Origin: a virus
Lineage: Duplodnaviria; Caudoviricetes
IMG/VR virus record: IMGVR_UViG_3300034407_003411
Location: 588-64,587 of that record
DNA: 64,000 bases
Reading direction: 5' to 3' (one strand)
Part shown: piece after piece, positions 1-8,502 of the stretch
How the letters are laid out: every line of letters starts with the position of its first letter
Numbering within the stretch: the first letter of the stretch is position 1
The notes under the pieces: model-generated
The model's input: only the letters and a program-made list of their open reading frames with translations
Databases searched by the model: none
Told to the model about the DNA's origin: nothing
Translations under genes and position numbers: made by a program

Positions 1-226
1 CTTCTCTTAATTCAACAGGTATTCCTTCACCTAAAATTTTATTGTTTGTAGGATCAAAAAATACAGGGATAGGCATGATAGCATCATTATCTGTTCCCGC
101 TACGAATTTTGAGATTTTTCTAAGGATTACTCCTGATTGGAAAATACTTCCACCGTCAGCATTTTTAATACCTTCAGTTGTTTTTAAATCAACGTTTAGT
201 TGAGGTTGTTGGTTTTGATTACTCAT
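1..226 (-). CDS. hypothetical phage protein, partial (runs off the window start)
   Basis: ATG at 226 overlaps the clamp loader TAA (TAATG); open frame MSNQNQQPQLNVDLKTTEGIKNADGGSIFQSGVILRKISKF... continues to position 1. Confidence 0.75.
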   Translation of the reverse strand, partial: MSNQNQQPQLNVDLKTTEGIKNADGGSIFQSGVILRKISKFVAGTDNDAIMPIPVFFDPTNNKILGEGIPVELRE

Positions 227-1137
227 TACTTATTATTTATTATATTATTAATTAAACTCATTATATTTATCTCTTTATCAATTCTAAAATTAGCTTTATA
301 TTGATGATCATTAATTAGAATTGCCACCGTACCTGATTTACCAGGAAGATATTCGTCAGCTTTGTCATATAGAAACCTAAATACTTCTTCAAAATCATCA
401 ATATTTGAATCAGCAATAATTTGTCTAATAATATTAAATTTAGGTTTATCTTTTTTTAGTTCATCTAATATAGCAGACAAATAACTAGTACTTACAAGCA
501 AAGAATCATCTAATTTTAGTTTGTTCTTAATGGTGCTTGCCTGTATAGTATTAAGCATTTTACGTAAATCCGGATAGAACTTATTTACAATTTTACCAAT
601 GGCAGTTGGTTCATAACTTATGCTTTCACTATCACAAATACTAGCTAAATGTACTGCTACCTCTCTTTTAGTTGGAGGTACTACTTTAAATGTTTGACAT
701 CTTGATTGTAACGGGTCTATTACACGTTCAATATAATTACACGTTAAAACAAATCTTGTTGTTCTAGAAAATGTTTCTATTATGTTTCGGAGTGACGCTT
801 GCGCTTGAATCGTGAGAAAATCCGCCTCGTCCAAGATAACAACCTTGATGGGCTTAAATGAAGCAACCGACGCGAAACTAGAGACTTTATCCCTAATAGT
901 TTCGATCCCACGCTCGTCAGAAGCGTTAATATAAATGTGATCACAGTCTAAATTTTTTACTATTAATTTTGCAAGTGTTGTTTTACCTGTACCAGCTGGA
1001 CCATAGAATAAATAATTTTGAATATCATTTTGTTCTAACTGTTTAGCTATTGATGACTTAAGGTTTTTATTACCTACATAATCATCTAACTTAACTGGTC
1101 TGTATTTTTCGTTTAATAAAGTGTTAGTACTCTCCAT
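226..1137 (-). CDS. clamp loader AAA+ subunit (RFC small subunit / T4 gp44-like)
   Basis: EKYRP motif, Walker A GPAGTGKT, INASDERGI, Walker B ILDEAD, SRC motif. Confidence 0.95.
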   Translation of the reverse strand: MESTNTLLNEKYRPVKLDDYVGNKNLKSSIAKQLEQNDIQNYLFYGPAGTGKTTLAKLIVKNLDCDHIYINASDERGIETIRDKVSSFASVASFKPIKVVILDEADFLTIQAQASLRNIIETFSRTTRFVLTCNYIERVIDPLQSRCQTFKVVPPTKREVAVHLASICDSESISYEPTAIGKIVNKFYPDLRKMLNTIQASTIKNKLKLDDSLLVSTSYLSAILDELKKDKPKFNIIRQIIADSNIDDFEEVFRFLYDKADEYLPGKSGTVAILINDHQYKANFRIDKEINIMSLINNIINNK

Positions 1138-1390
1138 ATATTGAATAACGTTGTGGTTTTGGTTCTTCTATTTCTTCTTCTTTAGTTGAAACAGCAAACA
1201 ATTCACTTTTTAATGGTGCTAATCTATATTCACCTCTAAATCCTGTTTTAACCATATAAGCTTCAAGTGTATCGGTTAATGTTTTGTGTATAGGACCATC
1301 TGGTTCATTAGCAACTAATCTCCATTTATCGCCAGGCGGTACTCGCCTAGCGATTAGGATATTTTCTTCTTTTATTTGTATTTTACTCAT
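1124..1390 (-). CDS. hypothetical protein
   Basis: 88 aa ORF in tight gene order with a promoter motif upstream. Confidence 0.7.
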   Translation of the reverse strand: MSKIQIKEENILIARRVPPGDKWRLVANEPDGPIHKTLTDTLEAYMVKTGFRGEYRLAPLKSELFAVSTKEEEIEEPKPQRYSIYGEY

Positions 1391-1396
1391 ATCTAT

Positions 1397-1426
1397 AATA
1401 TACGAACCCTTTTAAAATTGTCCAAC
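1397..1426 (-). promoter_or_regulatory. Bacteroidota-type promoter (GTTG-N20-TATATTAT)
   Basis: member of the repeated (T/G)TGG-N16-TCGTATATT motif. Confidence 0.65.
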
Positions 1427-3073
1427 CGGAAGTCCTTGATTATTTGCTAGATTTCCTGTTGTAGCATCTTGTAAGATTCTCATTTTTTCTTCAATACTAT
1501 TTTTATCTTGAGTAATTGTACACTCAGTTAATAAAACAGTTCCTGCAACTGATGCTGCATTTTCAAGTGCTAGTCTTGTTACTTTTGTTGGGTCAATAAT
1601 ACCAGCATCTTTCATATTAACAACCTTTTCAGTTTCAATATTATATCCTGCCCAAGCATCATTACCTGAGTTACATAATTGATCTGCTAATATTTGTCCC
1701 TTAACATCAGTATAACCAGCATTAACTAGAATCTGAGTAAACGGTTTAGAACAAGCTCCAAGTACAATTCTAGCTCCTGTAGAATCAGCTTTAATACCAT
1801 TAGAAGCATATAATAATGCTGCTCCACCTCCTGGTACTACACCTTCTTCAATTGCTGCTTTTGTTGCATGTAAGGCATCATCAACTCTATCTTTCTTCTC
1901 TAGCATTTCAGTTTCAGTGTTACCACCTACATGAATAATTGCTACTCCTCCGACGAATTTTGCCAATCTGTTTTGGAGTTGTTCTGTTTCGTACGGGGTT
2001 TGGGCTTTTTCGATTTGCGATTGTAGCTCTTCAACACGTGCTTCAATTTGTTCAGCTGTTCCTTTTCCATCTACTATTGTTGTTTGTTCCTTCGTTACTG
2101 TTGCTGTTCTTGCTTCACCAAACCAATCCCAACTGAATTTGTCTAGTTTCATTCCTTTTTGTTTATCAAATACTTTACCACCAGTTGTGATTGCAATATC
2201 TTCTAAAACTAATTTACGTCTATCACCAAAATCAGGTGCTTTTACAGCACACACATTAATTGTACCTCTCATTTTATTTACAATCAAAGTTGCTAATGCT
2301 TCATTATCAATATCTTCAGCAATAATCAATAATGATTTACCTTGAGATGATACTGCTTCTAAAATTGGTAATAATTCTTTAACAGAATTTAATTTATGAT
2401 CCATAACTAATACCGCAGGGTTATCTAAAACACATTGCATTGTATTATTATCTGTTACAAAGTAAGGTGATTTAAATCCTCTATCGAATTGCATCCCTTC
2501 TACTGTTTCAAGATATGTATCTCCTGTTTTAGATTCTTCAATATGTACTACACCTTCTAAACCAACTTTTTCAATTGCTTGAGAAATTAGTTTTCCAGTT
2601 TCTGGGTCGTTATTAGATGATATAGTGGCAATTTGTTCTAATTGTCCTTCTTCAGAAATATCTTCTGATATGTTGTTTCTTAGATTGCTAACAACTTTTT
2701 CTACTGTTTTATCAATATCTCTTTTAATTTGAACAGCATTTTCATTATTATTTAAAGCATCTAATCCACTTACTACCATTTCTCTAGCTAATAGTGTTGA
2801 TGTTGTAGTACCATCACCAGCTTTATCTGCTGTTTTTACAGCTGCTTGTTTAAGTAAAACAACTCCTAGTTCTTCACTTGGGTCATTTAATATAACTGAT
2901 TTTGCTACAGTAACACCATCTTTTGTTGATTGTGGTGGTGCTCCTACTCCTTTAAAAATAACAACATTTCTACCATTAGGTCCTAATGTTGATACTACAG
3001 CATCAGCTAATTTATTAATACCTTTTACAAGACCTGTTCTTGCATCTTTACTATATTTAATTTGTGTTTCCAT
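1412..3073 (-). CDS. groEL: chaperonin GroEL
   Basis: [54 protein letters not shown]. Confidence 0.98.
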   Translation of the reverse strand: METQIKYSKDARTGLVKGINKLADAVVSTLGPNGRNVVIFKGVGAPPQSTKDGVTVAKSVILNDPSEELGVVLLKQAAVKTADKAGDGTTTSTLLAREMVVSGLDALNNNENAVQIKRDIDKTVEKVVSNLRNNISEDISEEGQLEQIATISSNNDPETGKLISQAIEKVGLEGVVHIEESKTGDTYLETVEGMQFDRGFKSPYFVTDNNTMQCVLDNPAVLVMDHKLNSVKELLPILEAVSSQGKSLLIIAEDIDNEALATLIVNKMRGTINVCAVKAPDFGDRRKLVLEDIAITTGGKVFDKQKGMKLDKFSWDWFGEARTATVTKEQTTIVDGKGTAEQIEARVEELQSQIEKAQTPYETEQLQNRLAKFVGGVAIIHVGGNTETEMLEKKDRVDDALHATKAAIEEGVVPGGGAALLYASNGIKADSTGARIVLGACSKPFTQILVNAGYTDVKGQILADQLCNSGNDAWAGYNIETEKVVNMKDAGIIDPTKVTRLALENAASVAGTVLLTECTITQDKNSIEEKMRILQDATTGNLANNQGLPVGQF

Positions 3074-3079
3074 ATTATT

Positions 3080-3439
3080 TTAAATGTCAGTTAAATTTTC
3101 TTTATCTTCTTCAGTTACTTCAGTTTCAGCTAATACTTCTTCTACTGATTGTTGTACTTTTGCTAATATTTGGTTTTCAGGACCAACATAATACTCTTCA
3201 CCATCAAATGGTAATTTAGTAAAACCTTGAGTTGGTAATACAACTAAGTCTCCAACTTTTACTTGCATAGGAATATGATTGCCACTTATAGTAAATCTAC
3301 CAGTACCAACTGCTATTACTTCACCAAACTCATTTTTCTCTTTCCCCATATCAGGGACAATAATATTTCCATAAAGTGTTTCTTCGTTTTCAATGGGTTT
3401 AACGATAACCGCGTCAAATAGTGCTTCAAGCTTTTTCAT
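3080..3439 (-). CDS. groES: co-chaperonin GroES
   Basis: GNIIVPD, GEVIAVGTG, VKVGDLV; immediately upstream of groEL. Confidence 0.93.
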   Translation of the reverse strand: MKKLEALFDAVIVKPIENEETLYGNIIVPDMGKEKNEFGEVIAVGTGRFTISGNHIPMQVKVGDLVVLPTQGFTKLPFDGEEYYVGPENQILAKVQQSVEEVLAETEVTEEDKENLTDI

Positions 3440-3737
3440 TAATGTAATTTTTAATATTTGTTTCTATTGTTTTATAATAATCTAAAAAATCATTTAGTGA
3501 TTCATAAGACTTTTTTGTGTGTAACTGATCTTTAGTTACCCTTTCTAATGCAGATCTAAAACTTGCATGAAAAGTAAGTGCTTTTGTATAAGTTTTACTT
3601 TTACCTGTAGATCTAAAATGATTTGCGTCAGATTTAACTTTAATGTTAACTGTATAACAGTTTTCATCATTTGTAATGAAATAAGGTTCTAAATTAGGAT
3701 CCTCAATCATTGTAATAGACTTTGGTTTTCTTGCCAT
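3426..3737 (-). CDS. hypothetical protein
   Basis: 103 aa ORF overlapping the groES start, promoter upstream. Confidence 0.7.
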   Translation of the reverse strand: MARKPKSITMIEDPNLEPYFITNDENCYTVNIKVKSDANHFRSTGKSKTYTKALTFHASFRSALERVTKDQLHTKKSYESLNDFLDYYKTIETNIKNYINEKA

Positions 3738-3774
3738 ATAACTTTTATTAGTGTTTAAACTTAAATGTGACGTA

Positions 3775-3804
3775 AATATACGAAAAAAACATTGCTAGGA
3801 CACG
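3775..3804 (-). promoter_or_regulatory. Bacteroidota-type promoter upstream of the groES/groEL unit
   Basis: CGTG-N20-TATATTTA on the minus strand. Confidence 0.6.
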
Positions 3805-3821
3805 TTTTTTTGATAAAACTA

Positions 3822-4241
3822 TTACTTAATTTTAACTGATTTTGGTTTAGCTTCCTCAGCTAATGGTATAAAAATTTCTAATAAACCATTTTCTAAGGTG
3901 GCATCAATTTTACCTAAATCAAATTTAGGTGCTATTTTATACCTTAAATCAAATGATTTTTTAGATAAACCATTATGAATCATTCCATCAGGGAAGTCAT
4001 CTTCTGGTTTGTTATAACTTATTTTTAAAGTATCCCCTTCAATATCTAAGACTACGTCTTTTTTAGTTAGACCAGTACAGGCAACTTCAAAATGAAGTCC
4101 GTTATCGTCAAAGAAAATATTAAGTGGATGTGGTTGTTTGAAATTTCCAACAGGTTGAAATGTGCTGTCAGAGTTAAAGTGATTCCTAAAAAGGATGTCG
4201 AAAGGACTTATATGCCTTTCAAAGATTTCTAATGTACTCAT
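3822..4241 (-). CDS. small heat shock protein Hsp20 (alpha-crystallin domain)
   Basis: EVACTGLTKKDV, DTLKISY, IDATLENGLLEIFIP, C-terminal VKI (IxI-type) motif. Confidence 0.93.
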   Translation of the reverse strand: MSTLEIFERHISPFDILFRNHFNSDSTFQPVGNFKQPHPLNIFFDDNGLHFEVACTGLTKKDVVLDIEGDTLKISYNKPEDDFPDGMIHNGLSKKSFDLRYKIAPKFDLGKIDATLENGLLEIFIPLAEEAKPKSVKIK

Positions 4242-4332
4242 ATCATTTTATTTTGTGAGGCCGAAGCTCTCGGTTAATTTAATTTAAACATAACAAGTGC
4301 CCTAGCTAAATGTTTTGTTCTATTATACATAT

Positions 4333-4362
4333 ATAATACGAAGGAAAAGTCGCTATTCCAAA
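4333..4362 (-). promoter_or_regulatory. Bacteroidota-type promoter upstream of hsp20
   Basis: TTTG-N20-TATTATAT on the minus strand; adjacent late-type motif at 4324-4331. Confidence 0.55.
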
Positions 4363-4667
4363 TTATTTTTTAATTTTTCCTCAGTTTCTTCATCCATAAA
4401 TGCTGCCCATTTTCCTTTAGGACATGAAGCGGATAGTGACCTTATTTTTAATGATAAGATACAACCACAATCAGAACAACAAGGTTGGGAACCAGGTACA
4501 GCACAATAAGTTCCTACATGATCTACATACTGACAGGTATCACATATACTCCATCTCATAGATGCTATTTCTTCAACGTCATCCTTACTGAATACTTTAT
4601 TTTTTATACCTTCTAGTATTTGGGGTATGTTACCAAAAGCTCCAATAAGTTTGTTGAATCTACCCAT
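4353..4667 (-). CDS. Cys-rich small protein (probable metal-binding, DUF6171-like)
   Basis: R..IC..C ... C..CGC.L..K ... SCPKGKW pattern. Confidence 0.65.
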   Translation of the reverse strand: MGRFNKLIGAFGNIPQILEGIKNKVFSKDDVEEIASMRWSICDTCQYVDHVGTYCAVPGSQPCCSDCGCILSLKIRSLSASCPKGKWAAFMDEETEEKLKNNLE

Positions 4668-5290
4668 TATTTTGCGTCAAAAAAGAATATATGAAATAAT
4701 CTTGATGAATTAATATCCCATCCAAAATAATCTGTTGCTGAATGGATTAATTTAGCATCCCATATTACTAATCTGTTAAATACATTTCCTACAGTATCAA
4801 CCATTTCATATGGTGTTCTATCTACATATGTTTTACCATTAAAGGCATTAAAAATAGTTTCTTCACCTCCCCTTAATCCTGTTGCTTTGTGTTTAAAGAA
4901 AGAAGTACCTGTTGCTACAGGAGCATCTGGTGTCATGTAAATACAAGCAGCCCAAGTTTGTTCATCACAATGATAAACTAAAGGTGTACCTGCTTTATTT
5001 GATTGGAATCTACCATTCATTGTATGTCCTTCCCATTCAGTAATTTCCATACCTAAAATGGATTCAAATTTTTCTTTAGTACCATCAAAGAAGAATTGTT
5101 TTCTGGTTCTATAACCAAGATAACCTTCATCATCATGATACCATTGATCTAATGCAAAATCTCTTACTGCATAAGGATCGTCATAAAAATTTTCACACAC
5201 AAATATTTTTTTATCTGGTGATGTTACTTTAAATTGATCGGAGTTAATGTGTCCGTATTCTGAGTTTGGGTCTGAGTCGTATATATTCAT
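4667..5290 (-). CDS. 2OG-Fe(II) oxygenase-like protein (DUF6445-like)
   Basis: HCD, IYMTPDAP..GTSFF, NVFNRLVIWD..IHSA, distal RL. Confidence 0.8.
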   Translation of the reverse strand: MNIYDSDPNSEYGHINSDQFKVTSPDKKIFVCENFYDDPYAVRDFALDQWYHDDEGYLGYRTRKQFFFDGTKEKFESILGMEITEWEGHTMNGRFQSNKAGTPLVYHCDEQTWAACIYMTPDAPVATGTSFFKHKATGLRGGEETIFNAFNGKTYVDRTPYEMVDTVGNVFNRLVIWDAKLIHSATDYFGWDINSSRLFHIFFFDAK

Positions 5291-5293
5291 AAT

Positions 5294-6016
5294 TTATTCA
5301 TTTCTTGCTATATAATAATAACTATTAATTTCTTCTGATTGGAATGATAACTTCATCATTCCTTTTATTGATACTTGTAATCTTGCGCCATCCATATCTT
5401 TGTTGGCTTTTAATATATCTGTAAAGATACTAGAATTAAAAGGAATATTAATATCATCTTTTAATATAGTACCTTGAGCTTGATATGTAATTTTATTTGA
5501 AAATCCGGTATTATCACCAAAAATAAATTCACACACATTATTACCGTCAAAATCAGAGGTAGTAGTAATAAGCATGTTATCTACATCAGCTAATGCGCTT
5601 TTTGCTTTAATTAAATATTCAACATCTTCTTGGGATAATTCTAAATCAATTTCATATTGTTCTGGATCCTCGTACCATGTTGTTTTAGGTAAGATTAATG
5701 GATCTGCTAGTGAATATGTTAAATCAAAGTTAGAATCAGCGATATGCATTTTGGTAAATATTGTTTGCATTTTTTCTAATTTTAACAATAAATCACCATT
5801 CATTATATTAACTAACTTATTTAATTTGTTAGTATCAAATACACCTAATTCACCATCTTCTAATGGGAAATTATTTAATTCAACTTTACATACTCTGCCT
5901 TTTTCACCTGCATAGATAGTTAGATTACTATCTTTCATTCTCCATTTTACTTGATTATTTAATCCATTTAAATAATACTTTGATATAACACTTTGTAAAA
6001 CATTTTTACTTATCAT
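5294..6016 (-). CDS. DNA polymerase sliding clamp (gp45/PCNA-like)
   Basis: 240 aa acidic alpha/beta protein ending GMMKLSF..EEINSYYYI; located between polymerase and clamp loader. Confidence 0.7.
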   Translation of the reverse strand: MISKNVLQSVISKYYLNGLNNQVKWRMKDSNLTIYAGEKGRVCKVELNNFPLEDGELGVFDTNKLNKLVNIMNGDLLLKLEKMQTIFTKMHIADSNFDLTYSLADPLILPKTTWYEDPEQYEIDLELSQEDVEYLIKAKSALADVDNMLITTTSDFDGNNVCEFIFGDNTGFSNKITYQAQGTILKDDINIPFNSSIFTDILKANKDMDGARLQVSIKGMMKLSFQSEEINSYYYIARNE

Positions 6017-6903
6017 ATAACTATATTTTTACTTTTAATTAATTCACTTGGACTTATTCCATTCTCACATCTTCTACAAATATCATAAGTAGTTAAAGGT
6101 GGAGGCATTAAATCATCATAGGATTCTTCTAATATATTTCCTAATATTTTTTCTAAACTATAATCCTGACAACATACGGAAAGATCTCCATTAGGCAAAC
6201 AGACTTGATGATAAACGTGTTCTATACAATTACAAGTGCTTGGTCCTTTAATTGGTGCATGATTTACTCTATCCATTATTTTTTCTAAAGCTGGTTTCAT
6301 AGTTGCTTCTCCAATTAAATTGCCTGCTCTATTGTAAAAGGGTGGAACAAAAACTTCTGGCCATAAATCACTGCAAAATTCATGTACTGGACCCATAGAC
6401 ATAATATAAAAAGTTTGAATGTGTCCCTCAAGTTCTTTTAATCTTTCATATACTTTTCTTAATCTTGGAGTAAGAGGATGTTCTGCTATTCGTTCTGCAT
6501 CTGGTAAATGTAAAGTAAAACCACCATTAGGTCCTGCAGTCCAAGGTATATCTTTTAATCTTTCAACATCATCTAAAGTCATACCTACACCTGTTGTAAA
6601 TGCTGATAAAGGATGTCCTTTATAATGAGCATATTCTACCATTTTAGTACATTCTTTATTTAGCCAAGGTTCAGTAAAACCAGACATTGTAATTCTTACT
6701 TCTTGGGGTATTTTATCACATATAGTAATAAAATTTTCTAATGATAAGGTTTTAGGTTTACCTTTATGAGCATGATATATTTTTTCTAATGTTCTTTGAG
6801 GACAATAAGCACAATTAATAACACACCCCTTAGGTGAAATGGATGTAGTAAATTCCATTGTTGGCCATTTTGATGTTCTCCAATAATCTTTTAATGTACT
6901 CAT
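6013..6903 (-). CDS. radical SAM protein with SPASM/twitch-type C-terminal domain
   Basis: CVINCAYC, SGFTEP, NRAGN, LPNGDLSVCCQDY, ICRRCE; ATG 6903 preferred because TTG 6912 lies inside the promoter motif. Confidence 0.88.
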   Translation of the reverse strand: MSTLKDYWRTSKWPTMEFTTSISPKGCVINCAYCPQRTLEKIYHAHKGKPKTLSLENFITICDKIPQEVRITMSGFTEPWLNKECTKMVEYAHYKGHPLSAFTTGVGMTLDDVERLKDIPWTAGPNGGFTLHLPDAERIAEHPLTPRLRKVYERLKELEGHIQTFYIMSMGPVHEFCSDLWPEVFVPPFYNRAGNLIGEATMKPALEKIMDRVNHAPIKGPSTCNCIEHVYHQVCLPNGDLSVCCQDYSLEKILGNILEESYDDLMPPPLTTYDICRRCENGISPSELIKSKNIVI

Positions 6904-6910
6904 ATCGTTC

Positions 6911-6939
6911 AATATACGAAAGTTATTTTATATTTCAAA
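6911..6939 (-). promoter_or_regulatory. Bacteroidota-type promoter
   Basis: TTTG-N19-TATATTGA on the minus strand. Confidence 0.6.
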
Positions 6940-7860
6940 GGAAGATAATGCATCTAGATGAGGGTTTAAATCTAAACTCCATTCTAAATCATTAAAGAAT
7001 CCTTCTAATTTGTTTAATAAGATTGAATCAAATACTTTTTGCCTATCAGCGTAGGTATCTAAAAAATCTTTAATTTTTTTAGGCATATCATAATCAAAAA
7101 ATGCTAAACCATCAATTTTATATGGATTATCTTTTAAATAAATCCATTTTACTTTATCAGCCATAGTAATTAAATTATGTTTTCTATCTAATTGCCATAA
7201 TTTTAATAAATCATTATAACGAATAGCTGCTCTTACAGGTGCAGGAGCACCTTTAAGTATTTCAGTAAACATTTCTCCTGTTCTAGATCTACCTGAGTAT
7301 TTATCTAGTTTTTTTACTGATGTTGGGTTGCCTAATTTAGTTAATGGTATTGAACCATTTAATATTTGTGTTTTAAATTCTTTTATTTGGCTTAAAACAC
7401 TAGCTTTCTGTTCTCCTTTTAATACTTGTTGAAGTATGTCGTTGAAAAAATCCCCTAAAATAGGTGGAAAATTCGCTTTCATAAACTCCAAACCCTTTAT
7501 ATCTAGGATTTCTTTTTCTATTCCTTCTTGTTTTGTAATCCATTGTGCATAACGTCTAGTAGCTCTAAAGTAAGCTGAACGAATAACACATTCAGTTTTC
7601 ATTTCGAGCCTGTGTTCAGTGACATTAAAGGCTTCACTGGCTAGCCTATCGTAATCTTCATTTATAATATCTTGGTAAGCTAATGCTACCTTTTCTAATT
7701 TATCATCTTTTTCTTTATCATCAAAGTCTTCAAAATTAGGATATAAATGTCTTAATATAGGTTCAGCATTAAAATAATTAGAATCTGTGTCAACATAAGC
7801 ACAGTAATTCTCATCATCTTTATCACATATCCACCAAGGTGTATCTTCTATATGTTTCAT
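6928..7860 (-). CDS. family B DNA polymerase, C-terminal part (motif C and thumb)
   Basis: YVDTDS (motif C), RRYA, IKGLE, KGAPAPVRAAIRYN, DKVKWIYLK.NP. Confidence 0.92.
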   Translation of the reverse strand: MKHIEDTPWWICDKDDENYCAYVDTDSNYFNAEPILRHLYPNFEDFDDKEKDDKLEKVALAYQDIINEDYDRLASEAFNVTEHRLEMKTECVIRSAYFRATRRYAQWITKQEGIEKEILDIKGLEFMKANFPPILGDFFNDILQQVLKGEQKASVLSQIKEFKTQILNGSIPLTKLGNPTSVKKLDKYSGRSRTGEMFTEILKGAPAPVRAAIRYNDLLKLWQLDRKHNLITMADKVKWIYLKDNPYKIDGLAFFDYDMPKKIKDFLDTYADRQKVFDSILLNKLEGFFNDLEWSLDLNPHLDALSSFEI

Positions 7861-8225
7861 CTATATTCTTTTATATCTTTAAAATTTGAACCTGAAATAA
7901 TATTGATATCATTTTTTAGTTGGTTTCTAACTTCATTATATTCAAATATTAATAATGATGCTTTCCTAAATTCTTTATCTGTAATACTTTTATCTCTAAC
8001 TCTATTTTCCAGATCCCATAACATACGATTTACTTTTGACAACTCCAAAAATAATGCCTTAATTTCTCTCCCATTTTTAGTAAATAAATCTACAACACCA
8101 GGATTAAGCATTAAAAATTCTTTTTCAACATTAGCTAAATTTTCAGGGTCAACCATATTCAATTTTTTAATTTCTAAAATTGAAATTTTATCTAATAATT
8201 CACCATTTGAGATTTCTATCTTCAT
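7857..8225 (-). CDS. hypothetical protein (DUF6165-like) between the polymerase halves
   Basis: MKIEISNGELLDKISILEIK...LWDLENRVR...NEVRNQLKNDIN; ATG 8225 directly follows the upstream stop. Confidence 0.7.
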   Translation of the reverse strand: MKIEISNGELLDKISILEIKKLNMVDPENLANVEKEFLMLNPGVVDLFTKNGREIKALFLELSKVNRMLWDLENRVRDKSITDKEFRKASLLIFEYNEVRNQLKNDINIISGSNFKDIKEYR

Positions 8226-8226
8226 A

Positions 8227-8502
8227 TTAAAATGTTCTTTCTCCACCCCCTGGTATTGGTGGAACTGTAATTGGTCTATTGCCTGATGAGTCAATATCAT
8301 TTTTAGGTTCAACAACTATTCTATATGGAGTATTATTTATTTTAAAATGACCCCCTTGTTTAAGCATTTTTCTAAAAAATTTCTCTTGTGATTCAGTCCA
8401 TCCTTCACTAATTACGATCATTTCTTCTTTTGATATTCTTTCTTTAGTTATACCTATGTAAATTTCTACGTTGCCTCGAATGGATTGTTTTTTTAGTGTC
8501 AT
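8227..8502 (-). CDS. hypothetical protein between the polymerase halves
   Basis: 91 aa; ATGA overlap with the stop of the polymerase N-half. Confidence 0.7.
   Translation of the reverse strand: MTLKKQSIRGNVEIYIGITKERISKEEMIVISEGWTESQEKFFRKMLKQGGHFKINNTPYRIVVEPKNDIDSSGNRPITVPPIPGGGERTF

Noticed and set aside
3740-4350. CIRCE heat-shock operator near the chaperone genes
   Set aside because: No TTAGCACTC-N9-GAGTGCTAA match found
7861-8498. Intein, intron or homing endonuclease explaining the polymerase split
   Set aside because: No intein Cys/His-Asn ends, no LAGLIDADG/HNH/GIY-YIG motifs, and the gap is fully occupied by two coupled ORFs
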